Shown here piece after piece: positions 27,709-37,991 of a stretch of 64,000 nt of DNA (position 1 is the stretch's first letter; each line of letters starts with the position of its first letter). A program made the position numbers and the translations under genes. The stretch comes from Mycobacteriales bacterium. Its GTDB lineage: Bacteria > Actinomycetota > Actinomycetes > Mycobacteriales > SCTD01. Under the pieces are notes generated by a model. It was not told where the DNA came from. It did not search any database and saw only the letters and a program-made list of their open reading frames with translations. The stretch is taken from NCBI GenBank assembly GCA_038230355.1, contig JBBRNK010000022.1, forward strand, positions 474-64,473, written 5' to 3'.

Positions 27709-28202
27709 ATGACGACCAGCGCCCTCCTTGCCCAGCTCGGGATGGCCCGCGCACGCCGGATCGCCGCCGAGCAGTGCGGCATCGCAGACCGACGCGCCCT
27801 GTACGCGGCGGGAGCGCCGGGGTCAGTGCCCTGCGGTACGACGGGGCGGACGCCCTCACCGACGAGGCGATCCACATCTTCGTCCCCAAGGGAGCCACCC
27901 GTCGACATCTGGCCGGCGTCGTGCCGCACGAGTGCCGACGGTGGGGGGCTGAGGACCTGGAGCGGGTCCGGCGGCACCGGTTCCGGCGCGAGCTGCAGAG
28001 TGTCGTGCTCGAGCTCGCCGGTGGGGTGCGGTCGGTCGGCGAGCTCGACGTTGCCCGCCGGATGCGCGAGCGGGGCCTGCCCGAGCCCTCGCGCCAGTCC
28101 GTGCGCACGAGGCCGTCCGGCCAGGAGTACCTCGACGCGGAGTTCGACGCGTACGCCCTGGTGATGGAGGTCGAGGCGTCCTCAGAACTCAAGGGGCGGT
28201 GA
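27709..28202 (+). pseudogene. internally deleted and frameshifted AbiEi-like/DUF559-type endonuclease-domain gene
   Basis: AAEQCGIADRRALYAAG, IHIFVP, GVRSVGELDV, GLPEPSRQ and YLDAEF..VMEVE fragments across two frames; ends before the DG..H motif. Confidence 0.65.
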
Positions 28203-28273
28203 GCGTGAAGGCGAGGACGCTGGGCGGTTCCCACGACGCAGGGGGAGTTGGGAGGCGCGCCTACGCTGGGGGG

Positions 28274-29581
28274 ATGGAGCAGCCGAGGACGCACGCGGTG
28301 CGCGAGCTGCTCGCCGATCCGGACTTCACGCGGCTGTTCCGGGTGCGGTTGGCCGGCCAGTGCGGGGACGGGTTGTTCCAGGGCGCGCTGTTCGGGGCGA
28401 CGTTCTTCAACCCCGAGAAGGCGACCAGCGCCACCGAGGCCGCCGCTGCCTTCGCGACCCTGCTGCTTCCCTACAGCCTCGTCGGCCCGTTCGCCGGGGT
28501 GCTCCTGGACCGTTGGTCACGCCAGCGGGTCCTCGTCGTGGCCAACGTCGCGCGGGCGCTGCTCCTGGTCGGCTTGGCCGGCTCGCTCGCTCAGACCGGC
28601 TCGACCAGCGTCGGGACGATCGGGTTGGCCCTGATCCTGGTGTCGCTCAACCGGTTCGTTCTGTCCGGGCTGTCGGCGGCGCTGCCGCACGTCGTCGTAG
28701 CGAAGCGACTGGTGACGGCGAACTCTCTCACCACCACCCTGGGGAGCGGAGCGGCGGCGGTCGGTGGCGTCAGCGCCCTCGGCTTGCGAGAGCTATTCGG
28801 ACGCGGCGACGTGGGTGCGGCGTGGATCGCGGTCTGTGCGGCTGGCGTCTACCTGGCGGCGGGAGCGCTCGCGGCCCGGATTGCCAGGGACCGGCTCGGG
28901 CCGGACCTCACGCCGCGGGAGGCGGTCGGCGTGGCGCTCCGAGCGGTGGCCCGCGGGTTCGGCGAGGGTGCCCGGCACCTGCGAGGGCACCCGCCGGCCG
29001 CGCGGGGCCTCGCCGCGATCACCGCCCACCGCTTCTTCTACGGCCTGTCCTTCATCGCGACCCTGCTGCTCTACACCAAGACCGGCTACCTCCACCGCGG
29101 CCTCGAGGGGCTCGGTCAGGTCGTCACCGCCTCGATCTTCGGCGGCCTCGGTGCGGCGGCGGTCACCCCTCGGGCGACCCGCCGCCTCGGGACACAGACC
29201 TGGATCGTGATCGTCTTTGCCGGCGCGGCCGCGGTCGAGCTCGCCTTCGGTACGCCGTACACGCACGCGTCGTTCCTGGTCGCGGCGGTCGGGCTCGGGT
29301 TCGCAGCGCAGGCCGCGAAAATCTGCGTCGACACCCTGATCCAGGAAGCGATCGACGACGACTTCCGCGGCCGGGTCTTCGCGCTCTACGACACGCTGTT
29401 CAACGTCGGCTTCGTCTCCGCTGCGGCGCTCGCCGCGCTCCTGGTGCCGAACGACGGCAAGAGCTACCCGGTCCTGTTCCTGATCGCCGGGGGATATGCC
29501 CTGACGGCCCTGCTGTACGGCGTCTTCGTCCGCCTCCGCGCTCCCCTCGAACCCGCCGAGCCGGTCATCACCTCAGCCTGA
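28274..29581 (+). CDS. MFS transporter (Rv0037c-like)
   Basis: 12 hydrophobic segments; GVLLDRWSR and DDFRGRVF motifs. Confidence 0.92.
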   Translation: MEQPRTHAVRELLADPDFTRLFRVRLAGQCGDGLFQGALFGATFFNPEKATSATEAAAAFATLLLPYSLVGPFAGVLLDRWSRQRVLVVANVARALLLVGLAGSLAQTGSTSVGTIGLALILVSLNRFVLSGLSAALPHVVVAKRLVTANSLTTTLGSGAAAVGGVSALGLRELFGRGDVGAAWIAVCAAGVYLAAGALAARIARDRLGPDLTPREAVGVALRAVARGFGEGARHLRGHPPAARGLAAITAHRFFYGLSFIATLLLYTKTGYLHRGLEGLGQVVTASIFGGLGAAAVTPRATRRLGTQTWIVIVFAGAAAVELAFGTPYTHASFLVAAVGLGFAAQAAKICVDTLIQEAIDDDFRGRVFALYDTLFNVGFVSAAALAALLVPNDGKSYPVLFLIAGGYALTALLYGVFVRLRAPLEPAEPVITSA

Positions 29582-29671
29582 GGGCCCGGGGAAGGTCCTG
29601 ATGGCTGCATGGACGTCACGCCGGTGGACCTGACCGCAGCCCTGGGGCTGATCGATGCGCCCACCCGGCGG

Positions 29672-31126
29672 CTATCCGGATGGGCGGCCTGCCCACCACG
29701 CCCTCAGCTCGGCAGCGGCAACGTCGGGTCCGAGCGGTCCTCGCTCCATCCGCAGGGCCAGCAGGTGCTGGTAGGCGTCCCCCACGACCCGCCCCGGCGG
29801 CACGCCGAGGATCTCCATGATGGCCACCCCGTCGAGGTCGGGGCGGATCGCCCGGAGCTCCTCCTGCTCGGCGAGGACCGCGATCCGCCGCTCGAGGTCG
29901 TCGTAGGCCGACGACAGGGCGGCGGCCCGGCGACGGTTGCGGGTCGTGCAGTCCGAGCGGGTCAGCCGGTGGAGGCGGTCGAGTTGGTCGCCGGCGTCGT
30001 GGACGTAGCGGCGTACGGCCGAGTCGGTCCAGGGGGAGGTCCCTGGCTGGCCGTAGCCGTGAAAACGCAGGTGCAGCTCGGTGAGCAGGAAGACCGCCTC
30101 GACGACGTCCTTGCCGAACGTGAGCGCGCGCAGCCGCTTGCGAGCCAGGTGCGCACCCTTCACCTCGTGGTGATGGAACGAGACCCCACCACCGGGCTCG
30201 TGCCGCCGGGTAGCCGGCTTGCCGATGTCGTGCAGCAGCGCCGCCAGCCGCAAAACCAGGTCCGGTCCGTCGGTCTCGAGCGCGATGGCCCGCTCGAGCA
30301 CCTGCAACGTGTGCTCGTAGACGTCCTTGTGCTGATGGTGCTCGTCGATCTCCAGGCGCAGCGCTGGCAGCTCGGGTAGGACGTAGGCGGCCAGACCGGT
30401 GTCGACGAGCAGCGCCAGACCGGCGCGGGGGAACGGGCCCAGCAGCAGCTTCTCCAGCTCGCCACGGACCCGTTCGGCGGACACGATCTCGATCCGGGCG
30501 GCCCGGTCGGTCATCGCGGCAACCACGTCGGGAGCCACCGAGAAGCCGAGCTGGGAGGCGAAGCGGGCCGCGCGCAGCATTCGGAGCGGGTCGTCGTCGA
30601 AGGAGTCCTCGGGCCGGCCGGGGGTGCGGATCACCCCAGCTGCGAGGTCCTCCATCCCGCCGTACAGGTCGACGAAGGCGTCGGGGGACTTCCAGTCGGG
30701 CAGCTGCAGGGCAAGGGCGTTCATCGCGAAGTCCCGGCGTACCAGGTCGTCGGCGAGCCGCTCGCCGAACACGACGGAGGGCTTGCGCGAGCTCCGGTCG
30801 TAGGCCTCGGCCCGGTACGTCGTGATCTCCAAGCGGGCACCGTGCTTCTGGACCCCCACCGTCCCGAACGCGATGCCCACCTCCCAGGTCGCGTCGGCCC
30901 AGCCGTCGACGAGCGCGAGGACCGCCTCAGGGCGGGCATCGGTCGTCAGGTCGAGGTCGTCGCCGAGCCGTCCGAGCAGCGCGTCCCGCACCGAACCGCC
31001 GACCAGGTGCAGCGCGTGGCCGGCGGCGGCGAAGCGCTCGCCGAGCTCGACGAGCAGCGGGGAGCGGACGACGAGCTCGCGGACGGCGTTGCTCTGCAGC
31101 TCGCTCAGCGGACGGCTCTGGGACAC
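29672..31126 (-). CDS. cca: CCA tRNA nucleotidyltransferase with HD domain
   Basis: [22 protein letters not shown] and LLHDIGK motifs. Confidence 0.95.
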   Translation of the reverse strand: MSQSRPLSELQSNAVRELVVRSPLLVELGERFAAAGHALHLVGGSVRDALLGRLGDDLDLTTDARPEAVLALVDGWADATWEVGIAFGTVGVQKHGARLEITTYRAEAYDRSSRKPSVVFGERLADDLVRRDFAMNALALQLPDWKSPDAFVDLYGGMEDLAAGVIRTPGRPEDSFDDDPLRMLRAARFASQLGFSVAPDVVAAMTDRAARIEIVSAERVRGELEKLLLGPFPRAGLALLVDTGLAAYVLPELPALRLEIDEHHQHKDVYEHTLQVLERAIALETDGPDLVLRLAALLHDIGKPATRRHEPGGGVSFHHHEVKGAHLARKRLRALTFGKDVVEAVFLLTELHLRFHGYGQPGTSPWTDSAVRRYVHDAGDQLDRLHRLTRSDCTTRNRRRAAALSSAYDDLERRIAVLAEQEELRAIRPDLDGVAIMEILGVPPGRVVGDAYQHLLALRMERGPLGPDVAAAELRAWWAGRPSG

Positions 31127-31185
31127 GGGGACCAAGGGTACGGCGGCGGGCGTTCGCCGCGGTGGTCCCGCCGTACCCTGAGCGC

Positions 31186-31665
31186 ATGCCTCCCGTCCCC
31201 ACACCGCCGCGGCGACCGCTGCGCAGGGTGGACGAGACGAGTGCGGGCGGCCTGGTCCTCGACCACCGGGGACCGGAGGCGCGCGGCGCCCTGATCGGCC
31301 GGCTCGACCGCCGTGGACGCCTGCTGTGGTCGCTGCCCAAGGGGCACGTCGAGCCGGGTGAGACCGAGCCGCAGACCGCGGTGCGGGAGGTCCAGGAGGA
31401 GACCGGCATCCTCGGCGAGGTCGTCGGCAAGCTCGGCACCATCGACTTCTGGTTCGTCGCGGACGGCCGCCGGGTGCACAAGACCGTGCACCACTTCCTG
31501 CTGCTGGCCTGCGACCCGAGGGACGGGCTGGAGCTGTCCGCCGAGGACGTCGAGGTCAGCGAGGTCGCGTGGGTGCCCGTCGCCGAGCTGGCCGCCAAGC
31601 TGGCCTACTCCGACGAGCGGCGGCTCCTGGCGAGGGTCCCCGAGCTGCTGGCCGACACCGCGTGA
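31186..31665 (+). CDS. NUDIX hydrolase (MutT4-like)
   Basis: [24 protein letters not shown] Nudix box. Confidence 0.93.
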   Translation: MPPVPTPPRRPLRRVDETSAGGLVLDHRGPEARGALIGRLDRRGRLLWSLPKGHVEPGETEPQTAVREVQEETGILGEVVGKLGTIDFWFVADGRRVHKTVHHFLLLACDPRDGLELSAEDVEVSEVAWVPVAELAAKLAYSDERRLLARVPELLADTA

Positions 31666-33875
31666 GGCTCAGGTGGCTGGCCGTGTCGGTGCTGCTCACC
31701 GGCCTGGCAGCCGTCCCGGCGACCGCTGACCCGTCGCCGTCGCCGTTGCCGAGCACACTCGGCTCGCAAGCTCCGCTGCAGGTCAACGTGACGGTGCTGC
31801 TGCCCCGCGCCCCGGTCGCCCACGGAGCCTTCGAGGTGTCCGGCACGGTGAAGAACATCGGCACCACCACGATCACGGACGTGCAGGTCCGCCTCAAGGT
31901 GGGCGAAGTGGTCGACAACCGTGGCAACCTCCACGCCGCCGACACCAACCGGCCGACCACCTTCAGCCGTGAGGGCGCCCGGGTCGTGCTGGCGAACCCG
32001 CTCGCACCCGGTGCGGCTGCGGCGTTCGACATCCGCACCGACCTCGACACCCTCCGGATCCGCTCGCTCGGCGTCTATCCGCTGGACGTCGAGGCCCGCG
32101 GCGACGCCGGCCAGGGCTTCCAGAGCCTGGGCCTGGCCCCGACCTGGGTGCCGTACTTCCCTGATGGTGCCCCCAGGCAGAACCGGGTCGCGGTGCTGTG
32201 GCCGCTGGTGGACCAGCCGCACCAGACGGTCACGTCCACCTTCGCCGACGACGACCTCGCCACGGGCCTGGCGCCCACCGGCCGGCTCGGCCGGATGCTC
32301 GCGGTGGCCAGGGGAGCGGGCCGCCGGGACTGCGGTGGGGGGGTCATCACGGCCGCGGGCCTTCACCAGCGCCCGCCGACGCGCTGCGAAGCGGTGGCCA
32401 TCACCTACGGCGTCGACCCCGACCTGGTCGCGGCGGCCGCGACGATGGCGTCCGGCTACCGCGTCGACGCGTCCCCCAAGGCCGTCGCCGGCAAGGGTGG
32501 CGCCGCCGCCGAGCGCTGGCTGGGCGCGCTGCGGGAAGGGCTGACCACGGGCAATGCTGTCCAGGCCGGCGGTGCCGCCCGTACCGTTCTCGCCCTGCCC
32601 TACGCCGACCCGGACGTCACGGCCCTGGCGCGCACGAGCGGCGGGCGCGAGGACACGGCCCTCGCGACCGACCTCGGCAGCAGCACGGTCAGCAGCCTGC
32701 TGCAGACAACGCCCCTGACCACCGTGGCCTGGCCGCCGGCCGGCCCGATCAGCCAGGGCGCAACGGACGCGCTGGCCCGCAACGGCGCGCGGGCGTTCGT
32801 GCTCGACGAGTCCGCGTACGGCCAGCCTGACAGCGAGCCGGACTCCACCCCGCAGGCCAGGACGATCCTGTCCTCCTCCGCCACGGGCACCGAGCTCGAC
32901 GGGCTGGTCGTCGACAGCGACCTGTCCACGCTCGTCCTCGGTCCCGAGTCGAGCACCTTGGGGCCACGGCTGGCCGAGCAGCGCTTCCTGGCCGAGACGG
33001 CGATCATCGCCGCGCAGCGCCCCGGGCTGGCCAGAACCTTCCTGATCGCGCCGGACCGGCGCAGCGACGTGTCGGTCGCCGCCAGCACCGCCGCGCTGCG
33101 CGACCTCGGCCGGGTCCCGTGGCTGTGCCCCGTCACCCTCGGGGCGGTCGCGGCAGGGACCGAGCGCTGCGCCGAGCAGCCGGAGGCACAGTCCGTCCCG
33201 GCCGCCGACCGCGGGGCGCTGCGCTCGGACCGCGCCAACGAGCTGCCCGCCTCCTACCTGAGCGGGATCGCCGCCGACCGGGACGTCGTCGCGCAGCTCA
33301 CCGACGCCGTGCTGAGCGACGCCCAGGACACGGCCGTCCGTGACGCCGTGGCCGCGACCAAGCTCCGCCTGCGTCGGGCCGTCGCGCGGGCCGAGTCGAG
33401 CGCCTGGCGCTCCGACGGCGCGGGTGGCCGGACCAGCGCCCGCGCACTGCACACCGAGGTCAACCGGCTCGTCGACCGCATCGTCATCCGGGGCGGCAAA
33501 GCCCTGCTGACCTCCAGCAGGGGCACGTTGCAGGTCAGCATCGAAAACACCCTCGACGTGCCCGTCGACGTCCGGGTCCGCTTCTCCTCCAAGACCGCGA
33601 CCCTGTCGAACGCCGAGACCGGCCTGGTCCAGGTGCCCGCCGGCCACGCCGTCCAGGCAGGCGTCAAGGCCGAGGCACAGCGATCCGGGCAGTTCGTGGT
33701 CTTCGCGCAGCTCGTCGACCGCGACGGCAAGCCGTTCGGCCAGGAGGCCGAGGTCATCGTGCGCTCCACCCGCTTCGGTCGGCTCGCGCTCGCGGTGACC
33801 GCCGGCGGGTTCGGGGTGCTGCTCGTCGCGGCCGGCGTCCGCCTCGCCCGTCGTGCCGTCCGCGCCCGCCGGTGA
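31662..33875 (+). CDS. DUF6049 / Rv3909-like secreted membrane-anchored protein
   Basis: signal peptide, GVYPL, LPYADPD, QRFLAET, C-terminal transmembrane helix; conserved position before murJ. Confidence 0.8.
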   Translation: MRLRWLAVSVLLTGLAAVPATADPSPSPLPSTLGSQAPLQVNVTVLLPRAPVAHGAFEVSGTVKNIGTTTITDVQVRLKVGEVVDNRGNLHAADTNRPTTFSREGARVVLANPLAPGAAAAFDIRTDLDTLRIRSLGVYPLDVEARGDAGQGFQSLGLAPTWVPYFPDGAPRQNRVAVLWPLVDQPHQTVTSTFADDDLATGLAPTGRLGRMLAVARGAGRRDCGGGVITAAGLHQRPPTRCEAVAITYGVDPDLVAAAATMASGYRVDASPKAVAGKGGAAAERWLGALREGLTTGNAVQAGGAARTVLALPYADPDVTALARTSGGREDTALATDLGSSTVSSLLQTTPLTTVAWPPAGPISQGATDALARNGARAFVLDESAYGQPDSEPDSTPQARTILSSSATGTELDGLVVDSDLSTLVLGPESSTLGPRLAEQRFLAETAIIAAQRPGLARTFLIAPDRRSDVSVAASTAALRDLGRVPWLCPVTLGAVAAGTERCAEQPEAQSVPAADRGALRSDRANELPASYLSGIAADRDVVAQLTDAVLSDAQDTAVRDAVAATKLRLRRAVARAESSAWRSDGAGGRTSARALHTEVNRLVDRIVIRGGKALLTSSRGTLQVSIENTLDVPVDVRVRFSSKTATLSNAETGLVQVPAGHAVQAGVKAEAQRSGQFVVFAQLVDRDGKPFGQEAEVIVRSTRFGRLALAVTAGGFGVLLVAAGVRLARRAVRARR

Positions 33876-35464
33876 GCCTGCTGCGCTCCACGCGCACCAT
33901 GGCCCTGGGCACGGTCGCCTCCCGCGGCACCGGCTTCCTGCGTACGGCGGTGCTGGCCGCCGTACTCGGCCTCAAGGGCGTTGCCGTCGCCTTCAACGTG
34001 GCCAACACCGCGCCCAACATCGTCTACGACCTGCTCCTCGGCGGGATCCTCACCAGCATCGTCGTCCCGATGCTGGTGCAAGCCCACGCGCGCGGTGACG
34101 GGGCGGCCTACGCCCAGCGGCTGCTCACCCTGACGCTGCTCGTCCTGGGCGCCGCGTCGATCCTGTTCGTCGTCCTGGCCCCGCAGATCGTCGACCTGTA
34201 CGCCAACGCCAAGGTCGACGCCGACACCCGACACCTGGCAGTGCTGTTCGCCCGCTTCTTCCTGCCGCAGGTGCTGTTCTACGGGCTCGGAGCGATCCTC
34301 GGCGCCTACCTGAACACGCACGGTCGGTTCGGGCCACCGATGTGGGCCCCGGTCCTCAACAACGTCATCGTGATCGCCACCCTGGTCGTCTTCGCGCTGC
34401 TGCCGGGGCCGTCGGCGCTGACCAGCGCCAGCATCACCGACACCCAGGTCTATGTGCTCGGGGTCGGCGTCACCCTCGGGATCGTGGCCCAGACGGTCGC
34501 GCTGCTCCCCGCCCTGCGCGCTACCGGCCTGTCCTTGCGGCCCCGGTTCGACCTGCGCGGTACCGGCCTCGGGCCGGCCGCCCGGCTGGCCCGCTGGACG
34601 TTCTTCTACGTCGTGTGCAACCAGCTCGTTTTCGTCGTCGTCGTGCAGCTCGCCACCGGGACGGGCCGGGCCCGCGACTACCCGTCGTACACCTATGCCT
34701 ATCTGCTGTGGCAGCTGCCGCATGCGGTGGTGGCCGTCAGCATCATCACCGCGCTGCTGCCCGAGATGAGCCGCTCAGTCGTCGCGGGCCGCCTGGACGC
34801 GCTCCGGACCCAGCTCGACGGCGGGCTGCGGCTGACAGTCAGCATCCTGGTGCCGGCAGCTGTCGCCTATGTCGTGCTGGGGCACCCGATCGCCTCGCTC
34901 GTGTTCGGGCACGGCCGGGCCGCCGGGGCCGACGGGCGCTTCGTCGGGACGCTGCTCGCGGTCTTCGCCTGCGGGCTGGTCGCGTTCAGCAGCTACCAGC
35001 TGCAGCTGCGCGCCTTCTACGCACTGCAGGACACCCGCACGCCCGCTCTGGTCAACCTGGCCGTCAACGTCACCACCGTCGTCGTTGACCTGGTGCTCTA
35101 CGCGGTCCTCCCGGACGACCTCAAGATCGTGGGACTCGCGGCTGGCCAAGCCGGGTCGTACCTCGTGGGGGTGGTGATCTGCACGCCCGTGCTGGCCCGC
35201 CGGGTCCCGCGCGACCCCCGTAGCTTCGTCCTGCGTACGACCGTCCGGTGCCTGCTGGCCGCCGTCGTTCCAGGGACCCTCGCGCTGCTGCTGGTCAGCG
35301 CCGTCGAGGCCGTCCTCGGTACCAGCCTGCTCGGGGCCGTAGCCGCGTGCGCCGTGGCCGGCAGCGTGCTCGGGCTGGGCTACGTGCGCGTCGCCGCCTG
35401 GGTCCGGGTACCGGAGGTCGCCACCGTGACGGGTCCGCTGCTTCGCCGTCTGCGGCTGGGCTAG
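33872..35464 (+). CDS. murJ: lipid II flippase MurJ (MviN membrane domain only)
   Basis: SRGTGFLR, PNIVYDLLLGG and RAFYALQDTRTP motifs. Confidence 0.95.
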   Translation: MSLLRSTRTMALGTVASRGTGFLRTAVLAAVLGLKGVAVAFNVANTAPNIVYDLLLGGILTSIVVPMLVQAHARGDGAAYAQRLLTLTLLVLGAASILFVVLAPQIVDLYANAKVDADTRHLAVLFARFFLPQVLFYGLGAILGAYLNTHGRFGPPMWAPVLNNVIVIATLVVFALLPGPSALTSASITDTQVYVLGVGVTLGIVAQTVALLPALRATGLSLRPRFDLRGTGLGPAARLARWTFFYVVCNQLVFVVVVQLATGTGRARDYPSYTYAYLLWQLPHAVVAVSIITALLPEMSRSVVAGRLDALRTQLDGGLRLTVSILVPAAVAYVVLGHPIASLVFGHGRAAGADGRFVGTLLAVFACGLVAFSSYQLQLRAFYALQDTRTPALVNLAVNVTTVVVDLVLYAVLPDDLKIVGLAAGQAGSYLVGVVICTPVLARRVPRDPRSFVLRTTVRCLLAAVVPGTLALLLVSAVEAVLGTSLLGAVAACAVAGSVLGLGYVRVAAWVRVPEVATVTGPLLRRLRLG

Positions 35465-35509
35465 ACCGGACGGCTCAAGGGGAGGGGTCCGAGCGCCGAA
35501 TCACAACAG

Positions 35510-35905
35510 GTGACGCGTAGGGAGGGCGACGGCGGCTCGATCGTGCTGGGTTGGCTGATCAAGGTGACCCTGGTCCTGGGCGTCCTCGCGATGCTGGCGT
35601 TCGACGGCATCTCCCTGGTGCGGACCGAGTTCACCGCCGCCGACCACGCCAACAGTGCCGCGTCCACTGCCGCCGACGTCTACGCCCAGACCCATGACGT
35701 CCAGAAGGCGTACGACGCCGCGCTGGCCCTCGCGATCCCACAGAGCGAGACGATCGACACGAACACCTTCACCGTCCGGCCGACCGACGGGCACGTGCTG
35801 CTGACGCTGCATCGCGAGGCGCAGACCCTCTGGCTGTACCGGATCGGGCCGCTCAAGAAGTACCTCACCCAGAGCGCCCTCGGCGAGGGTGGTCCCCCGT
35901 CGTGA
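35510..35905 (+). CDS. TadE/TadG-like pseudopilin-type hypothetical protein
   Basis: MTRREGDGG/SIVLGW plus a hydrophobic helix and an A-rich AADHANSAASTAA segment, resembling a prepilin N-terminus. Confidence 0.55.
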   Translation: MTRREGDGGSIVLGWLIKVTLVLGVLAMLAFDGISLVRTEFTAADHANSAASTAADVYAQTHDVQKAYDAALALAIPQSETIDTNTFTVRPTDGHVLLTLHREAQTLWLYRIGPLKKYLTQSALGEGGPPS

Positions 35906-37053
35906 AACCGCTCGCCTCCCGACACAGCACGCACCTCGCCGCGCCTCACACCAAGCGGCTGGCCGCGGCGCTCGCCCTCGGCGCCCTGCTCTGCTCCGGA
36001 CTACCCGGGGCCGCGCACGCCAGTCCCGTCGGTGACGCCAAGCAACAGGCCGCCGCCCTTCGGGTCCGCGTCGACGCCTTGCGGATCCAGGCCGAGATCG
36101 CCACCGAGGACTACGACGCGGCCTACGCCCAGCTCGGGGTGGCCGTCACCGAGCACCTGAGCGCCCAGCGCGCCCTCCAGCTCGCCCAGCAGGCGTCCGG
36201 GCTGACCAGCAACCGCACGTCCCTGCGGTTCCGCGCCCTCTACATGTCCGGCGGCACGTCCGCGCTCTACGCGCGCGTCCTCCAGAGCTCCTCCGTCTTC
36301 GAGATGGCCGACCGCGTCCGGCAGGTCCAGGCCGTGCTGCGCGAGGACCGCACCGCCACCCGGGCGGCCGGTCAGGTCGTCGTCGGCCGGCAGGCTGCGG
36401 AAAGGCGCCTCGCCGACACGGCCGCATCTTCGGTCCGGCTGCAGAGGCAGGTCGCGGACCGGGGCGACGCCGTCCGCGGCCTGCTCGCCCAGACCGACGC
36501 GCTGCTCGCCGCGGCCGACTCCCGGGTGCGGGTCCTCGCCGAGGAGCAGCGCCGAGCTGACGAGGTCGCCGCCGCCGCGAGGGCCGCCGCCGCCCTCGCT
36601 GCCGCCACCGCCAGCGCCAGTGCCACGGCAGAGGCGGCCCTGTCCACCCTGCCGAACGTCCCCACCAGCTCGCGCGCCGCTGCGGCCCTCACCTTCGCGC
36701 AGGCCCAGCTCGGCAAGCCCTACGTCTGGGGAGCTGTCGGCCCGAGCTCCTACGACTGCTCCGGCCTCACCGGTGCTGCCTACGCGGCAGCCGGCGTGCA
36801 CCTGCCCCGCGTGGCGAGCCAGCAGTGGTCCTCCGGACCGCACATCGCCCTGGCCGACCTCGAGCCCGGCGACCTGATGTTCTGGGCGAGCAACCTCAGC
36901 AACCCCGACACCATCCACCACGTAGCGCTGTACCTCGGCAACAGCATGATGCTCGCCGCCCCGCACACCGGTGACGTCGTCAAGATCCAGCCGGTCTACC
37001 TCGACGGCTACATGGGCGCCGTCCGCCCCGGCGTGGCCGTGGCCGCGCCATGA
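35902..37053 (+). CDS. coiled-coil NlpC/P60 (C40) peptidoglycan endopeptidase
   Basis: signal peptide, long Ala-rich coil, GKPYVWG, YDCSGL and HVALY motifs. Confidence 0.92.
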   Translation: MKPLASRHSTHLAAPHTKRLAAALALGALLCSGLPGAAHASPVGDAKQQAAALRVRVDALRIQAEIATEDYDAAYAQLGVAVTEHLSAQRALQLAQQASGLTSNRTSLRFRALYMSGGTSALYARVLQSSSVFEMADRVRQVQAVLREDRTATRAAGQVVVGRQAAERRLADTAASSVRLQRQVADRGDAVRGLLAQTDALLAAADSRVRVLAEEQRRADEVAAAARAAAALAAATASASATAEAALSTLPNVPTSSRAAAALTFAQAQLGKPYVWGAVGPSSYDCSGLTGAAYAAAGVHLPRVASQQWSSGPHIALADLEPGDLMFWASNLSNPDTIHHVALYLGNSMMLAAPHTGDVVKIQPVYLDGYMGAVRPGVAVAAP

Positions 37054-37189
37054 CGGACCCCGGGCAATCAGCTGCAATCATCACAGGAGGTGACAAAACA
37101 GTACCTATCTAGGCGTTCTCCTGACAGCCCGACGAACGCCCCGCTAACGTCTTCCCGGCAGCGCCGCTGCCTCATCTCACTTGCCCGGT

Positions 37190-37372
37190 CGGAACGCCGA
37201 GTCCTGCCCCCCGACCACCTACGGGCACCCTCCTGATCTCCAGGGGCAGGGGCGGGGGACCCAGGTTCCTCGACGTACCCCTTTCGGGGGCGTCTCGGGG
37301 TGAAGCCAGCAGGCACGCGCTGGCCGGACACCTTCCCGTCCGAACCCGACAGCTGACCCCGCAGGCGTCCGG
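37190..37372 (+). ncRNA. cyclic di-AMP (ydaO/yuaA) riboswitch
   Basis: CGCCGAGTCCTGC...GCAGGGGCGGGGGACCCA...GGGGTGAAGCC...GGCCGG...CCGAACCCGACAGCTGACCCCGCAGGCG follows the ydaO pattern; upstream of a cell-wall hydrolase. Confidence 0.88.
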
Positions 37373-37384
37373 AAGGAAACCTCC

Positions 37385-37843
37385 GTGTCCCCGTTCAGCT
37401 CCCGCCTGCGCCAGCGCGCGTACGCACTCATCCTGATGGCCGTCACCTCGCTCGGGGTGGTCGCCACGGCCAGTCCCGCCCAGGCCGCCATGTCCTACCA
37501 GGCCCAGGTCGTCACGGAGGCATCCCGCCACCGTGGCGCTCCCTACCAGTGGGGCGCCGAGGGCCCGACCCGGTTCGACTGCAGCGGCTACACGCGCTAC
37601 GTCTTCGCCCGGTTCGGCAAGAGCCTGCCGCACAACGCCGCCAGCCAGTACGCGTCGGTGCGCCACATCGCCAAGAACCGCATGATCATCGGCGACCTGA
37701 TCTTCTTCCTCAACAGCTCCGGAAGGATCAGCCACGTCGCGATCTACGCCGGTGGCCTCACGATGTGGCACTCGCCGCATTCCGGGACCGTCGTGAAGCA
37801 CGTGGCCATCTACTCCAGCAACTACCTGGTCGGCCGTCCCTGA
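37385..37843 (+). CDS. small secreted NlpC/P60 (C40) peptidase
   Basis: signal peptide ending AQA; PYQWG, FDCSG, HVAIY and WH motifs. Confidence 0.92.
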   Translation: MSPFSSRLRQRAYALILMAVTSLGVVATASPAQAAMSYQAQVVTEASRHRGAPYQWGAEGPTRFDCSGYTRYVFARFGKSLPHNAASQYASVRHIAKNRMIIGDLIFFLNSSGRISHVAIYAGGLTMWHSPHSGTVVKHVAIYSSNYLVGRP

Positions 37844-37876
37844 GGCCAACCTGACCGAACGTCTGCTGGTCCGTCG

Positions 37877-37919
37877 ACGGCCCGGTCCGCGCCCCTACAG
37901 TGGGCAGGGACCGGGCCGT
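37877..37919 (+). terminator. hairpin after the NlpC/P60 gene
   Basis: ACGGCCCGGTCC...GGACCGGGCCGT 12-bp stem. Confidence 0.6.
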
Positions 37920-37921
37920 AC

Positions 37922-37984
37922 GCGGCCCAGGGAGCCGCTGCCGCAGGCGGCCCAGGAAGCCGCTGCCGCAGGCGGCCCATGAAG
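37922..37984. repeat. 2.5 x 25-bp tandem repeat in the pseudokinase leader
   Basis: GCGGCCCAGG(G/A)AGCCGCTGCCGCAG twice, then GCGGCCCATGAAG. Confidence 0.85.
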
Positions 37985-37991
37985 GAGTGAC

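Noticed and set aside
29609-29665. MDVTPVDLTAALGLIDAP, possibly a cupin N-terminal stub
   Set aside because: Only about 18 codons, too short to support
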